Shown here: one piece after another, positions 37,089-47,173 of the stretch
Position numbering within the stretch: the stretch's first letter is position 1
Layout of the letters: every line of letters starts with the position of its first letter
NCBI GenBank assembly: GCA_965204725.1
Contig: OZ242005.1
Location: 1,920,001-1,984,000, forward strand
Length of the DNA stretch: 64,000 nt
Origin: Candidatus Latescibacterota bacterium
GTDB taxonomy: Bacteria; Latescibacterota; UBA2968; UBA8231
Reading direction: 5' to 3'
Made by a program: the position numbers and the translations under genes
The notes under the pieces: generated by a model
What the model was told of the DNA's origin: nothing
The model's input: only the letters and a program-made list of their open reading frames with translations
The model's database searches: none

Positions 37089-38362
37089 TACAGCAACTCC
37101 TCGGCGCACTCGGCCACCTTGCGGAAGGCCGCGGCGTATTGCTCGATGATTTTGGCGTCGTAGTGCTTAAACCACGGAATCGAATAGATGCGGCCGGTCA
37201 TGCGCTCGGTCACCGGCAGACTGCCCAGCCCCTGCCGCAGGTCGCGGTTGGCGTGGGCGATGCGAGTGGGTTGACCGTGGCCGTATATGTCGGCCTCGTT
37301 GAGCACCGGATGCAGGTGCATCAGCTCATTGGCCCCCGGCACGATTTTGTACGCCCCGGTCTCAGCGGTGACCGCGGCGCAAAAGCGCTCGACCGGCAGG
37401 CCGCCCAACTCCTCGGGCGCGTACAGCCCCTTGGCCGCGTACCAGCCGCCCATCGTAGAGCCGCTGTCGGCCGGGGGGCGATGCGCCTCGATCCCCGGGA
37501 CGCCTTCGAGCAAGTCCCAGAAGTAATTCATCGCCCGCTGAATTTCCTGCATCCGCTCGTCGTAGTGGCGCAGTTGGGTGCGGCCCACCGCCGAAGACAA
37601 CTGGTGCATCCGGTATTTGTACCCGCCCAGCGGCATCCCAGCAAAAGGCGTCAGCGCGGGGTCTGAGAGGGAGCGGGTGCGCTGATAGTGCCCAAAGGCC
37701 GCGACGCGCTCGTACAGGGCTTGGTCGTCGGTGACCACAAAGCCCCCTTCGCCGCAAGCCAGCGACTTGCCCGACATAATCGACATCGCGCCGATGTGGC
37801 CGATGGTGCCCAGCAGCCGCCCCTTGTAGCGGCCGCCTTGGGCGTGGGAGACGTCTTCGATGACCTTCAACCCGTGCCGCTCGGCAATTGCCATGATTGG
37901 ATCCATATCGGTTGGATAGGCGCAGTAATGCACGGGTACGATCGCCTTGGTGCGCTCGGTAATGCGGTGCTCAATGTCGTTGGGATCCATGGTCAAGGTG
38001 TGGGGGTCGATCTCGGAAAACACGACCGTTCCGCCGAGCGAGAACACTTGGAGCGACGTGCCCCAAAAGGTCATGCTCTGCGCGATCACCTCGTCGCCGA
38101 CGCCGACGCCGCAGGCCCACAGCGCGGCGTGGATCGCGGCCGTGCCCGTGTTGTGGCAGAGGGCGTGCTGCAAGCCGAAGTAGGACTTCAGGTCCTCTTC
38201 AAAAGCGAGGGTTACGTCCAAGCCCGACATCGCCCCGCGCCGCAGCACCGCCAGCACGGCCGCTTCGTCCGCGGCCGTGATAATCGGCCAGCTAAAAATA
38301 TCGCCCTCAGCGGCGGTGACGGCCTTGGGACCGCCCAAGAAGGCCAACCGGCTCATCGCCAT
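37088..38362 (-). CDS. DegT/DnrJ/EryC1/StrS PLP aminotransferase
   Basis: LAFLGG, NTGTAAI, EDVSHAQG, SGKSLACGEGG. Confidence 0.9.
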   Translation of the reverse strand: MAMSRLAFLGGPKAVTAAEGDIFSWPIITAADEAAVLAVLRRGAMSGLDVTLAFEEDLKSYFGLQHALCHNTGTAAIHAALWACGVGVGDEVIAQSMTFWGTSLQVFSLGGTVVFSEIDPHTLTMDPNDIEHRITERTKAIVPVHYCAYPTDMDPIMAIAERHGLKVIEDVSHAQGGRYKGRLLGTIGHIGAMSIMSGKSLACGEGGFVVTDDQALYERVAAFGHYQRTRSLSDPALTPFAGMPLGGYKYRMHQLSSAVGRTQLRHYDERMQEIQRAMNYFWDLLEGVPGIEAHRPPADSGSTMGGWYAAKGLYAPEELGGLPVERFCAAVTAETGAYKIVPGANELMHLHPVLNEADIYGHGQPTRIAHANRDLRQGLGSLPVTERMTGRIYSIPWFKHYDAKIIEQYAAAFRKVAECAEELL

Positions 38363-38375
38363 TGTTCCTTCCGTG

Positions 38376-39368
38376 CTAAGAACCCGCGATTTCTCGCAGC
38401 CGCGCTTGCGTCGGCATGTAGCTGTGCTCCCACACCTGCTGCACCACCCCGTCTGCGATATAGGCCAAGCGCGGATAGCCGTGGCCAAAGGTCAGGCGAA
38501 AGAAGTCGGTCTGCGATATGGTGGCAATGTCAAAGCGCGGTTGCAGCCGCTCCTTGAAATCGGCCAGATCCGGCGAGTCCGGGGCGTGATTGGTCAGGGC
38601 GATGAGCCGCGGCAGTTGGGGGTCTTGGGCGAGGGCGTTCATCTTGGGCACTGCGTCTTGGCAGTACCTGCACTTGGGACTGAACAATTCGAGCAGGTAT
38701 TCGCCCTGCATTAAATCGGCATCTACGCCCTTGAGCGTCAGGCCCGAGAGCCGCACCCCGCTTTTGAGGTCGGACTGCTCGGTGCGCTCTAGCTCGGGAA
38801 AAAACCGCACACTGCCGATCACCAGCCCGGCCAAGAACACGCCGCACACCATTCGAGTCGCCACCGGCCAGACCGGGGCACCGCCCGCCCCCCACCAGTT
38901 GGGCCGACCAGCCGCGGGCGCGTCGTTTGCACTGCGACGCATCCCCCACCACGCAAAGAGCAGCACCGCGAGCATGATGCTGTCTTCTACGGCCGCTTCC
39001 CCGGGGCTGCGCTCAATCAGGGTGCCAAAACAGCCGCAGTCTATCGAAGCACCCATCTGCCAAGCCTTGGCCATCAGCGCGGTAAAGTACGCGGTCAACA
39101 AGGCGGCGGCCGGCAGGGTGATTTTAGGCCGCCAATTGCACACCAGCGCGAGGCCGAGGGCCAACTCAATCGGGCCTAAGAGCGCAGTCGCCTTGGCCGC
39201 GGCTGTCGTCAGCTCCCAGTTGTCCTGCGGCAACCCGAGAATGTGCATGTAGGGGATGGATTCCCAGTAAAAGAGCACCGGCTCCCATACCTTCATTGCC
39301 CCGGCGATTAGGTAAACGATCCCAATGATAATTTGGCCGACGCGCGCGGCCTTGCTCATCGCGTCCAT
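38376..39368 (-). CDS. MauE/DoxX membrane protein fused to a thioredoxin-like domain
   Basis: TM helices; DCGCFG; C-terminal FSPKCRYC and YPRL. Confidence 0.75.
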   Translation of the reverse strand: MDAMSKAARVGQIIIGIVYLIAGAMKVWEPVLFYWESIPYMHILGLPQDNWELTTAAAKATALLGPIELALGLALVCNWRPKITLPAAALLTAYFTALMAKAWQMGASIDCGCFGTLIERSPGEAAVEDSIMLAVLLFAWWGMRRSANDAPAAGRPNWWGAGGAPVWPVATRMVCGVFLAGLVIGSVRFFPELERTEQSDLKSGVRLSGLTLKGVDADLMQGEYLLELFSPKCRYCQDAVPKMNALAQDPQLPRLIALTNHAPDSPDLADFKERLQPRFDIATISQTDFFRLTFGHGYPRLAYIADGVVQQVWEHSYMPTQARLREIAGS

Positions 39369-39380
39369 GGAAATGACTCC

Positions 39381-42300
39381 TCAACTAATCAATTCGGCGA
39401 ATACGGCTGAGAATACGCTCCGCGTCTGCCGCATGTACTCCTCCACCTCGGCTTGGAAGGTCGCTACGTCTTCGGCGCTGAGGGCGCGGCTCAAGATTTC
39501 CAGCTCCCGGCCGGTCGGCAGGGCGTCGTCGGCTTTGTCGCTGGCGATCCGCATGCCCTTTTCTACGGCCCGCAGATACTCGTACGCGTCGAGGAGCAAG
39601 CGGCCCCGCTCCGGGTCTAAACAGCCCTGCTCAACGAGCAATTGCAGCGCGTGTCGGGTGCTGCCCACGCGCAACCGGCGATCGCGATAGCCCCACTTGA
39701 GCACGAGGATCTGCGCCACAAACTCGATATCGACGATGCCACCCGGCCCGCGCTTGATGTCGATGCGCACTCGACGCCGGCTCTGCGGCTCCATCCGCTG
39801 CCGCATCTCCCGCATCTGCACCGCCAAGTCTGCGTCCGCCTCTTTGCTATATACGAAGCGCTCAATCGCCCGCAGGACCCGGGTGCCGAACTCGGCATCG
39901 CCGGCCACTTGGCGCGCACGACTCAGCGCCATCCGCTCCCAAGTGGCCCCCCGCTGGGCCAAGTAGCGGCGGTAGCCAACCAGCGAGATGGCCATGGGAG
40001 CGCTGGCCCCTTCGGGCCGCAGCCGCGCATCCACCGAGTACAGCCCCTCCTCGGCTAACAGGGTAATCAGACGCTGGCTGAACTCGATAAAAAACACGCT
40101 ATTCGCTACGCCGCGGCGCGTCTTACCATCGCTTTCGTACACGAAAAACAAATCCAAGTCCGAGCCGAAATCCACCTCGCGGCCCCCAAACTTGCCAGCG
40201 GCCAATACGGCGAACTGCACGTCGCGGCCTTGGCGGTTGCGCGGCTTGCCCCACCGCCGCACCAACGGACGCCAAGCCAGCGCATAGACCGCTTGCAACA
40301 CCTCGTCACCCAACTCGGTCAGCCGCAGGAAGGTCTCTTCCTCGGTCGCCAGCCCCATTAGGTCGTCGGCCCCAATTTGCAGGAGGGATTGCTTCTGCAT
40401 CCGCGCAATGGCGTCTAAATCGCCGCGCACCGGCTCAGGGTCCGAGCTCTGGCCGGCTTGGTCAACTAGGCTGTCGAGCAGGGCCGGATCGCGGCGCAAC
40501 AGGTCGGAGAGAAAGCGGCTAGAGCCACAGATGGCAATGATCAAGCTGCGGAAGCCGGTGTGTTCTTGAAACAAGGTGTACAAAGCACCCGGCGCGCCAT
40601 AGGCTTCCACGAGCTGAGTAAAGCGCAAAAGCCCTTGGTCTGGGTCCGGGGCCGCGGCCAGCGAATTTAGCAGTTCCGGCAACAGGGCCTCGAAGTGGGA
40701 GCGGCCCCCGCTCAACAACAGGCCCATGCCCGCCAGCCGCTGCAAGCGGCGGTGCGCGGCCTCCCCATCGACAAAGCCTCGCTCCGCCAAGTCGGCGCAC
40801 GCGGCCTCGCTGCCGCTTTCGATTTCCAACAGCCACGTCGGCGGCGGCGGGGCCGGCGCGTCGCTGTAAAACAGCGCGGCAAACAGCCGGCGCACCCGCA
40901 GCCGATGCCCGGCTAGCGCATTGGCAAAGGAGCGCGCATCGCCATAGCCCATGACTAAGGCCAAGGCCCGTGCATCCTCCGGGATGGCGTAGTCGGGCCG
41001 ACCCGAGGCGATTTGCAGCAAGTTTTCAACGCGGCGAAAAAACTGGTACGCGCCCTTTAGGGCACTGGCCTCGGCCGCAGTCAACGCCGACATGGTGGCG
41101 AGGCGATCGATGGCCGCCAGCGTATTGTGGAAGCGCACTTGGGGATGGCTGCCCCCGTAGAGCAGTTGGAGGCACTGGACGATGAATTCGATGTCGCGGA
41201 TCCCGCCGGCTTGCAGCTTGATGTTGTTTTCGCCGCGCGGGCGCTCGCGGATGCTCGCTTCAATCCGCTCCTTGATGCGGCGGATTTCCTCGTGCGGCGA
41301 CGAGTGGAAGTGGGCCGGATAGATAAAGGGCCGGAGCATGGCCGCGTATTGCTCGCCCAGCGTCTGCGATCCCGCCACCCGCCGGGCCTTGATGAGCATC
41401 TGCCGCTCCCACAGTTCCCCGCGCGTCTCGTAATACGTCCAACTGGAGCGCAGCGAGTGCGTCAAGGTGCCGCTGGCGCCCTCGGGGCGGAGCCGCATAT
41501 CAACTCGGTAGAAAAACCCCTCCTTGGTTCCCTCGCTCAGCACTTGGACTACGCGCTGACCCAAGCGGTGAAAAAACTCGCTGTTTTCCAGTTGCGTCCC
41601 CCCCCGCTCGGGCTGGGTTTCGCCTTCGCCATCCCACACGAAAATTAGGTCGATGTCCGAGCTGTAGTTTAGCTCCTGTCCTCCGTATTTGCCCAAGCCG
41701 ACGACGAGAAAGCGCGCCGGGCGACCGCGCTCATCGAGCGGCGGGCCGTGCTCCTGCCACAAGTCGTGCTGGCACGTTTCGAGGACCAACTCGACCACCA
41801 CATCGGCTAAGTCGGCCAGCTCTCGCCCTATTTGCGCCACCGGCTTGGTGCCGAGGATTTCGGCGGCCCCAATGCGCAAAAATTCGCGCCGATGCACCCG
41901 CCGCAACTCCTCTAAGCGCTCCTCAAACTCGGAGAAACGGTCGATATCGGCGTGTAAAATCTGCCGCAGGACGCGCGGGTCCAGCGGCTCGACTAAGTGC
42001 GGGGTCTCGGCCAACAGCCACAGCAGCAGTTTGGAATCGCGCACCAAGATGTCGGCGAGGAACGTGCTGTGGCTCACGATCTGCACCAAGCGCTGGCACA
42101 GGATGGGGTCGGCCTCCAAGTGGGAGAAAAGCGCTCGCGGACTGCCATACGCCATGGCCAAGCGCACCAACTGCCGCAGCCCCTCGTCGGGCCGACCCGT
42201 CGCGGCCAGCTCGACCAACGCGAGGGCTGGCAGCGGGGCAAATTGCGGCGGGCCGCCGGTCCGGTCCAAGGTTTTTAGGGCTTGGACCGAATCGGCAAAA

Positions 42301-42386
42301 CCCAATTGCTCTAGTGCATTCTGGGCTTCAGCCGCGTCGGCCGTGAGGGCGCGACCGGCCAGTTCCAACGCAGTAGGCGCTGCCAA
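39381..42386 (-). CDS. glnE: Bifunctional glutamine synthetase adenylyltransferase/adenylyl-removing enzyme
   Basis: Two NT domains: GKYGGQELNYSSDIDL...RVDMRLRPEG and GKFGGREVDFGSDLDL...DARLRPEG; GGIRDIEF / GGIVDIEF. Confidence 0.93.
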   Translation of the reverse strand: MAAPTALELAGRALTADAAEAQNALEQLGFADSVQALKTLDRTGGPPQFAPLPALALVELAATGRPDEGLRQLVRLAMAYGSPRALFSHLEADPILCQRLVQIVSHSTFLADILVRDSKLLLWLLAETPHLVEPLDPRVLRQILHADIDRFSEFEERLEELRRVHRREFLRIGAAEILGTKPVAQIGRELADLADVVVELVLETCQHDLWQEHGPPLDERGRPARFLVVGLGKYGGQELNYSSDIDLIFVWDGEGETQPERGGTQLENSEFFHRLGQRVVQVLSEGTKEGFFYRVDMRLRPEGASGTLTHSLRSSWTYYETRGELWERQMLIKARRVAGSQTLGEQYAAMLRPFIYPAHFHSSPHEEIRRIKERIEASIRERPRGENNIKLQAGGIRDIEFIVQCLQLLYGGSHPQVRFHNTLAAIDRLATMSALTAAEASALKGAYQFFRRVENLLQIASGRPDYAIPEDARALALVMGYGDARSFANALAGHRLRVRRLFAALFYSDAPAPPPPTWLLEIESGSEAACADLAERGFVDGEAAHRRLQRLAGMGLLLSGGRSHFEALLPELLNSLAAAPDPDQGLLRFTQLVEAYGAPGALYTLFQEHTGFRSLIIAICGSSRFLSDLLRRDPALLDSLVDQAGQSSDPEPVRGDLDAIARMQKQSLLQIGADDLMGLATEEETFLRLTELGDEVLQAVYALAWRPLVRRWGKPRNRQGRDVQFAVLAAGKFGGREVDFGSDLDLFFVYESDGKTRRGVANSVFFIEFSQRLITLLAEEGLYSVDARLRPEGASAPMAISLVGYRRYLAQRGATWERMALSRARQVAGDAEFGTRVLRAIERFVYSKEADADLAVQMREMRQRMEPQSRRRVRIDIKRGPGGIVDIEFVAQILVLKWGYRDRRLRVGSTRHALQLLVEQGCLDPERGRLLLDAYEYLRAVEKGMRIASDKADDALPTGRELEILSRALSAEDVATFQAEVEEYMRQTRSVFSAVFAELIS

Positions 42387-42389
42387 GGC

Positions 42390-42728
42390 TTAGAGGGCGG
42401 TTTCGCCGGTTTCGCCGGTGCGGATGCGAACGGCCTCGACCAGCTCGGAGACAAAGATCTTGCCGTCGCCGACCTCGCCGGTGGCAGCCGACTGCAAAAT
42501 CGCCTCCACCGCTTCGTCGAGTAGGCCATCGCCGACGGCCAGTTCAATGCGAATTTTGGGCATGAAATCGAGCTGGTATTCGGCGCCGCGGTAGATTTCG
42601 CTGTGCCCGCGCTGGCGACCGCAGCCGCGCACCTCGCTGACGGACATTCCAACGAGGCCAATCGCGGCCAAAGAGCTTTTGACCTCGTCGAGTTTGAAGG
42701 GCTTGATAAAGGCCACGATGTTTTTCAC
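42390..42728 (-). CDS. glnB: Nitrogen regulatory protein P-II
   Basis: IKPFKLDEVK, GRQRG, YRGAEY, GDGKIFV, IRTGETG. Confidence 0.95.
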   Translation of the reverse strand: MKNIVAFIKPFKLDEVKSSLAAIGLVGMSVSEVRGCGRQRGHSEIYRGAEYQLDFMPKIRIELAVGDGLLDEAVEAILQSAATGEVGDGKIFVSELVEAVRIRTGETGETAL

Positions 42729-42738
42729 GGCATTCCTT

Positions 42739-43362
42739 TCAACGAGGCGAAAAGCGGGGCTTGCGGCCGTAGCTTACGCTGCCGGGGGCCGGCATATTGG
42801 CGACGCCGAGGGAGCTTTTTTGGCTGCCGTGGATGGGGCCGATGCAACTGGCTGGGATATCTTCGGTTAGTACGACCGCACCGCGAGCGAAAAAGCGACA
42901 GCCCTCCTCGTGGGCCTTGGCCGCGAGAATCTCCACCACGCAGGGGGTGTCGCGTTGGTGGCTGTGCGACTCGGCCGCCTCGCGCGTCAGCGACAGATGC
43001 ACGTAGTAGCGATCGCCCGGGGAAATGCCCTCGCGGGCAAAGTGCCGGGCTGCGCTGCGGGTCGTACCCATGTAGAGCCGATCGGGCGGCGGGGCCATAG
43101 GCTCGCCGTCCATATCGACGAAAAAACTGTGTCCGTACAGTGCGCGGATGCCGAACTCATTCAGCTCAAAGCGATACTGCTGGGGGTCCTTGACTAGGTT
43201 GACGATTTCGGTCTCGGTCACCTCGGCGTAGCGTTCTTGTACTTCTTGCACCACCTGATCTAACGGCGCGTAGCCGTAAGCATCGATCTCCAAGCCAAAT
43301 TCGTCGGGTCGATGCCTGAGCATTAGCGAAAGCAATTTGGAAATGCGACTTGTATTGGCCAC
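42739..43362 (-). CDS. kptA: RNA 2'-phosphotransferase (KptA/Tpt1)
   Basis: SKLLSLMLRH, IRALYGHS, RYYVHLS. Confidence 0.8.
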   Translation of the reverse strand: MANTSRISKLLSLMLRHRPDEFGLEIDAYGYAPLDQVVQEVQERYAEVTETEIVNLVKDPQQYRFELNEFGIRALYGHSFFVDMDGEPMAPPPDRLYMGTTRSAARHFAREGISPGDRYYVHLSLTREAAESHSHQRDTPCVVEILAAKAHEEGCRFFARGAVVLTEDIPASCIGPIHGSQKSSLGVANMPAPGSVSYGRKPRFSPR

Positions 43363-43414
43363 TGCTCATCGCGTCCTTTCAGCATGAATAGGCCGGCCTA
43401 GAGCCGGCGCGGTC

Positions 43415-43870
43415 TTAGGGGTTCCACTGTGCGCGATAGGTTGCAACGGCTCGGGCAACCGCCTCGTCGGATAGGGCAATGATTTGGGCCGCCAGCAGGG
43501 CCGCATTGCGGGCATTGTCAATGCCGACGGTCGCCACCGGAACGCCCGGGGGCATCTGCACGATGGAGTAAAGAGAATCGACTCCACGGAGCGCGCCCGA
43601 GGCAATGGGCACCCCGATGACCGGCAGCGTGGTATGCGCCGCCACGACCCCGGGCAGGGCCGCCGCTAAGCCAGCACCGGCGATGATCACCGCGAGGCCG
43701 CGACCAGCCGCCTCGCTAGCCCAAGTAGCGGTGCGCTCGGGGTTGCGGTGGGCCGAAGAGACGACCATCTCGTAGCCGAGACCCAACTCTTCGAGCACCG
43801 CCGCCCCCTTGCGCATGATGTCCTCATCCGAGGTGCTGCCCATGATTATGCCAACGCGAATGTCTGCCAT
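43415..43870 (-). CDS. purE: N5-carboxyaminoimidazole ribonucleotide mutase
   Basis: [33 protein letters not shown]. Confidence 0.95.
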   Translation of the reverse strand: MADIRVGIIMGSTSDEDIMRKGAAVLEELGLGYEMVVSSAHRNPERTATWASEAAGRGLAVIIAGAGLAAALPGVVAAHTTLPVIGVPIASGALRGVDSLYSIVQMPPGVPVATVGIDNARNAALLAAQIIALSDEAVARAVATYRAQWNP

Positions 43871-43957
43871 AAAGCCCTCCCTGCAAATTCTATCTCGCAC
43901 AGCAACGAGCAAGCGTTAAGATAAGCCAAATTGCCCGTGCCCGACAACCGCCCCGCG

Positions 43958-45148
43958 CTAAGAATTGTTCATTTTGCGGCGCAGGAACGTGGGAATGTCC
44001 AAGTCGCCTACGGCCGGACGCCCGGGCTCCTCCTGCTGCTCCTGCGGAGTATTGTGACCGTTGCGCAGATACGTAGGCACGTCCAAGGAGGTGCCCCCAT
44101 TGCCGACGAGGATCGGGTTGCCGATGGTCAGCGGGTCCTCCTGTGCCGACTCCTCTGGCTCGCGGGCCGCCGCTTCGGACTCGCCGCCCTTGTCCAAGTT
44201 GAAGCCCGTGGCGATGACCGTCACGCGGATGTTCTCGGTCAAGCTGTCGTCAATTACGGTGCCAAAGATGATCTCGGCATCCGGGCCGGTGGCCTCGTTG
44301 ATCAGGGATATGATCTCGTTGGTCTCGTAGAGCGTGAGGTTGGAGTCGCCAGCGATATTGATCAACACGCCCTTGGCGCCCGCGATCGACACGTCCTCCA
44401 AAAGCGGGCTGTTGATCGCCTTGCGCGCGGCCTCCACAGCCCGCTCTTCGCCGTTGTGCTCCCCAAGGCCCATAATCGCATCCCCGCCCTTGGAAATCAC
44501 CCGGCGCACGTCGTTGAAGTCGAGATTGACCATGCCCGGAATCGTAATCAGGTCGGAAATGCCGCGCGTGGCTTGCATCAGCACTTCGTCGGCCTTGAAA
44601 AACGCCTCCTTGAGCGTGGTGTCGCGGCCGCAGACGGTCAGCAGGCGTTGGTTCTCGATGGTGATCAGGGTGTCAACTTGGTCCTTTAGCTCGGCAATCC
44701 CGCTTTTGGCGTTTCTCATCCGCGGCGAGCCTTCCATAAGAAAAGGTTCGGTGACAATGCCGACGGTCAGGCCCCCTTGATCGCGGGCCACTTCCGCAAC
44801 CACCGGGGCGGCCCCCGTACCCGTGCCGCCCCCCATGCCGGCCGTGATGAAAATTAAGTCCGAGTCCTGTAGCTGCTTGGCGACTTTGTCGCGGTCTTCT
44901 TCGATGGCTTGCCGACCCACTTCCGGTTCCGCACCCGCACCCAAGCCCCGCGTAACGCCGCTGCCAATGCAAATGGGGAAGTCGGCGCGCGAGGCCTCCA
45001 ACGCCTGTGCATCCGTGTTGACGGCGACGAATTCGACGCCGTGCATCCCGGACTCGATCATGCGGTTGATGGCATTGCCGCCGCCACCACCCACACCGAC
45101 GACCTTGATGCGCGCCCGGTGTTCATCATCAATTAACCTAATTGCCAT
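43958..45148 (-). CDS. ftsZ: Cell division protein FtsZ
   Basis: GVGGGGGNA, GMGGGTGTG, NLDFND, C-terminal DIPTFLRR. Confidence 0.98.
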   Translation of the reverse strand: MAIRLIDDEHRARIKVVGVGGGGGNAINRMIESGMHGVEFVAVNTDAQALEASRADFPICIGSGVTRGLGAGAEPEVGRQAIEEDRDKVAKQLQDSDLIFITAGMGGGTGTGAAPVVAEVARDQGGLTVGIVTEPFLMEGSPRMRNAKSGIAELKDQVDTLITIENQRLLTVCGRDTTLKEAFFKADEVLMQATRGISDLITIPGMVNLDFNDVRRVISKGGDAIMGLGEHNGEERAVEAARKAINSPLLEDVSIAGAKGVLINIAGDSNLTLYETNEIISLINEATGPDAEIIFGTVIDDSLTENIRVTVIATGFNLDKGGESEAAAREPEESAQEDPLTIGNPILVGNGGTSLDVPTYLRNGHNTPQEQQEEPGRPAVGDLDIPTFLRRKMNNS

Positions 45149-45185
45149 GAGTATTCCTCCTCAATTTTTGGGACTCGCACCGCTG

Positions 45186-46358
45186 CTAGTCCCGCGGTTG
45201 TAACCACTTTTTTACGCGCCCGAGCACTGAATCGAAGGAGTCTTCGACCAGTGCCGGCGCCTCTTTTTGATTTTTCTCCTGCTGTTGCTCCACTCCGTAG
45301 AGGAGCAGGCCCAGCACCGTAGCATACGGCGGCCGGGCTAGCTCGGCCGCCGCCTCAAACCCGACCGGGACGCTCAGCCGCACCGGCATGCCAAAGACCC
45401 GCTCGGCCAAGGCCACAGCGCCGGCGATTTGGGCGCCCCCGCCCGTGAGGACAATGCCCGCGCCCAGCTTGACACCGGGCAATGCAGCCCAGACCTGCCG
45501 GCGGGCTAGGGCCAATATCTCCTCCATCCGCGCCTCAATGATGTGAGCAACCGTCTCGTTGGGCGCGGCCTCGCACTTGACCCGCTCGGCCTCGCCCCGC
45601 GTGGTGCCCAACCCAATGCCGATATCGTTGGTCACGTTCAGCCCGCCCAACCCAATGATGCCCGAGTGGCGCAAGCCCTTGCGGACGAAGACCACCACAT
45701 CCGTCGTGCCGCCGCCGATGTCGAGCAGGCAGACCCCCATCTGCTGCTCGTCCTCGCTGAGAACCGCATAGCTCGAAGCAAGTGGGCCGAGGACGACGCC
45801 ACGCACCTCAACGCCCGCGCGGAGGATGCTGTGGCAGATGTTCCGCACGGCGGCCACCGAGCTGGTGACCACGTGGACGCTCGCCTCTAAGCGCACTCCA
45901 TACATACCCACCGGGTCGAGGATGCCCCGCTGGCCGTTGACGGCAAATTCTTGGGGCAACACGTGCAGCACCTCGCGGTCGAACGGCACTTTGACCACGC
46001 CAGCCGCAGCGAGGACGCGGGCGCGGTCCTCGGTTCCGATCCAGCCGCCTTCGCCGCCGACTGGGACCATGCCCGTGCTGTTGAGGCTGGCGATGTATTC
46101 GCCAGAAATGCCGGCGTAAACCGAGTCGATTTCGACCCCGGCCATTAGCTCGGCTTGGCGCATGGCCTCGCCAACGGCATGCACGGTCTTTTCCGCATCT
46201 ACAATCGCCCCGCGCTGGATCCCTTCCGACAGGTGCTGGCCCATGCCGATGATCCGCAGCGGCCGCTCGGCGACCTGCTCGGCAATGACGGCGCAGACCT
46301 TGGTCGTGCCCAAGTCTAGTCCGGCGATGATGGCGCCGCGCTCCTCGCTTCCGTTCAT
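45186..46358 (-). CDS. ftsA: Cell division protein FtsA
   Basis: LDLGTTKV, LDIGGGTT, VLTGGGA, C-terminal amphipathic RVKKWL; dcw position. Confidence 0.93.
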   Translation of the reverse strand: MNGSEERGAIIAGLDLGTTKVCAVIAEQVAERPLRIIGMGQHLSEGIQRGAIVDAEKTVHAVGEAMRQAELMAGVEIDSVYAGISGEYIASLNSTGMVPVGGEGGWIGTEDRARVLAAAGVVKVPFDREVLHVLPQEFAVNGQRGILDPVGMYGVRLEASVHVVTSSVAAVRNICHSILRAGVEVRGVVLGPLASSYAVLSEDEQQMGVCLLDIGGGTTDVVVFVRKGLRHSGIIGLGGLNVTNDIGIGLGTTRGEAERVKCEAAPNETVAHIIEARMEEILALARRQVWAALPGVKLGAGIVLTGGGAQIAGAVALAERVFGMPVRLSVPVGFEAAAELARPPYATVLGLLLYGVEQQQEKNQKEAPALVEDSFDSVLGRVKKWLQPRD

Positions 46359-47173
46359 CCCGATTTGGCCTTCTTTTTGCCGACGACCATCTGGCCGGCG
46401 TAGCGCAGGTCGATATAGGCCGGATCGGGATGGTTCTGCTCAATGCGCGGCATCAGCCGGCGAATGGTGCGGAGCGGGCGGGCCACCTCGTTTGCCGGCA
46501 AGCGGACTTCGAGGCCATCGCCGGCCATCTGCAAGCGAATGCCTCCCCCGGAAATCGGCTGGATACCGGCCACGTCGAGGCAAAATTCCGCATCCGCGAC
46601 CGTGGCCTCCCCCCACCAGCGCAGGACGGCCAGCAGCGCGGAATCCGACACGGCCATGCCCGGCTGCAACGAGTCCCGGCCGACCGCTAGCCCGGATATG
46701 ACGGGCAACGTGCGCACGGTCGGGCCTTGGGGCAGCAGGACGCCATCAGGCGTGACCCCGTAGGTTCGGCCCAAATCAACCCAAGCCGTTTGGCGGTGCT
46801 CGACGATCTCAATGGCAATGCGGTCGGGCGGCTTGCGCACCACAAAGGCCCGCTTGATCCAATACGCGGCTTCCACCTGCTGCGCGACCGCGCCCAAGTC
46901 GATGGTGAAGATGTTGGTATCGGCCTCGAGGCCGCTGGCGACATGTACGTCCGCCCCACTGAGCCGCCGCAACCCATCCACCTCAATCACCTTGAGGCCA
47001 AACAGGGAGGCTTGGCCCAAGTAGGTGGCCGCCTGATAGGCCAAGGCCGTGCCCGTGCCCGTGATCAAAATAGAGAGCGCGACCCAAGGCCAGCGGGCCT
47101 TGGTTGGGCCTTGGGACTGCTTGGTTAGCGGCTTCAGCGGCTTCTTAGCCGCCTTGGTTTTCTTGCGTTTCAC
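46355..47173 (-). CDS. ftsQ: Cell division protein FtsQ/DivIB
   Basis: Basic N-terminus, TM helix, POTRA-like region, YIDLRY; GTGA overlap with murC. Confidence 0.85.
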   Translation of the reverse strand: MKRKKTKAAKKPLKPLTKQSQGPTKARWPWVALSILITGTGTALAYQAATYLGQASLFGLKVIEVDGLRRLSGADVHVASGLEADTNIFTIDLGAVAQQVEAAYWIKRAFVVRKPPDRIAIEIVEHRQTAWVDLGRTYGVTPDGVLLPQGPTVRTLPVISGLAVGRDSLQPGMAVSDSALLAVLRWWGEATVADAEFCLDVAGIQPISGGGIRLQMAGDGLEVRLPANEVARPLRTIRRLMPRIEQNHPDPAYIDLRYAGQMVVGKKKAKSG

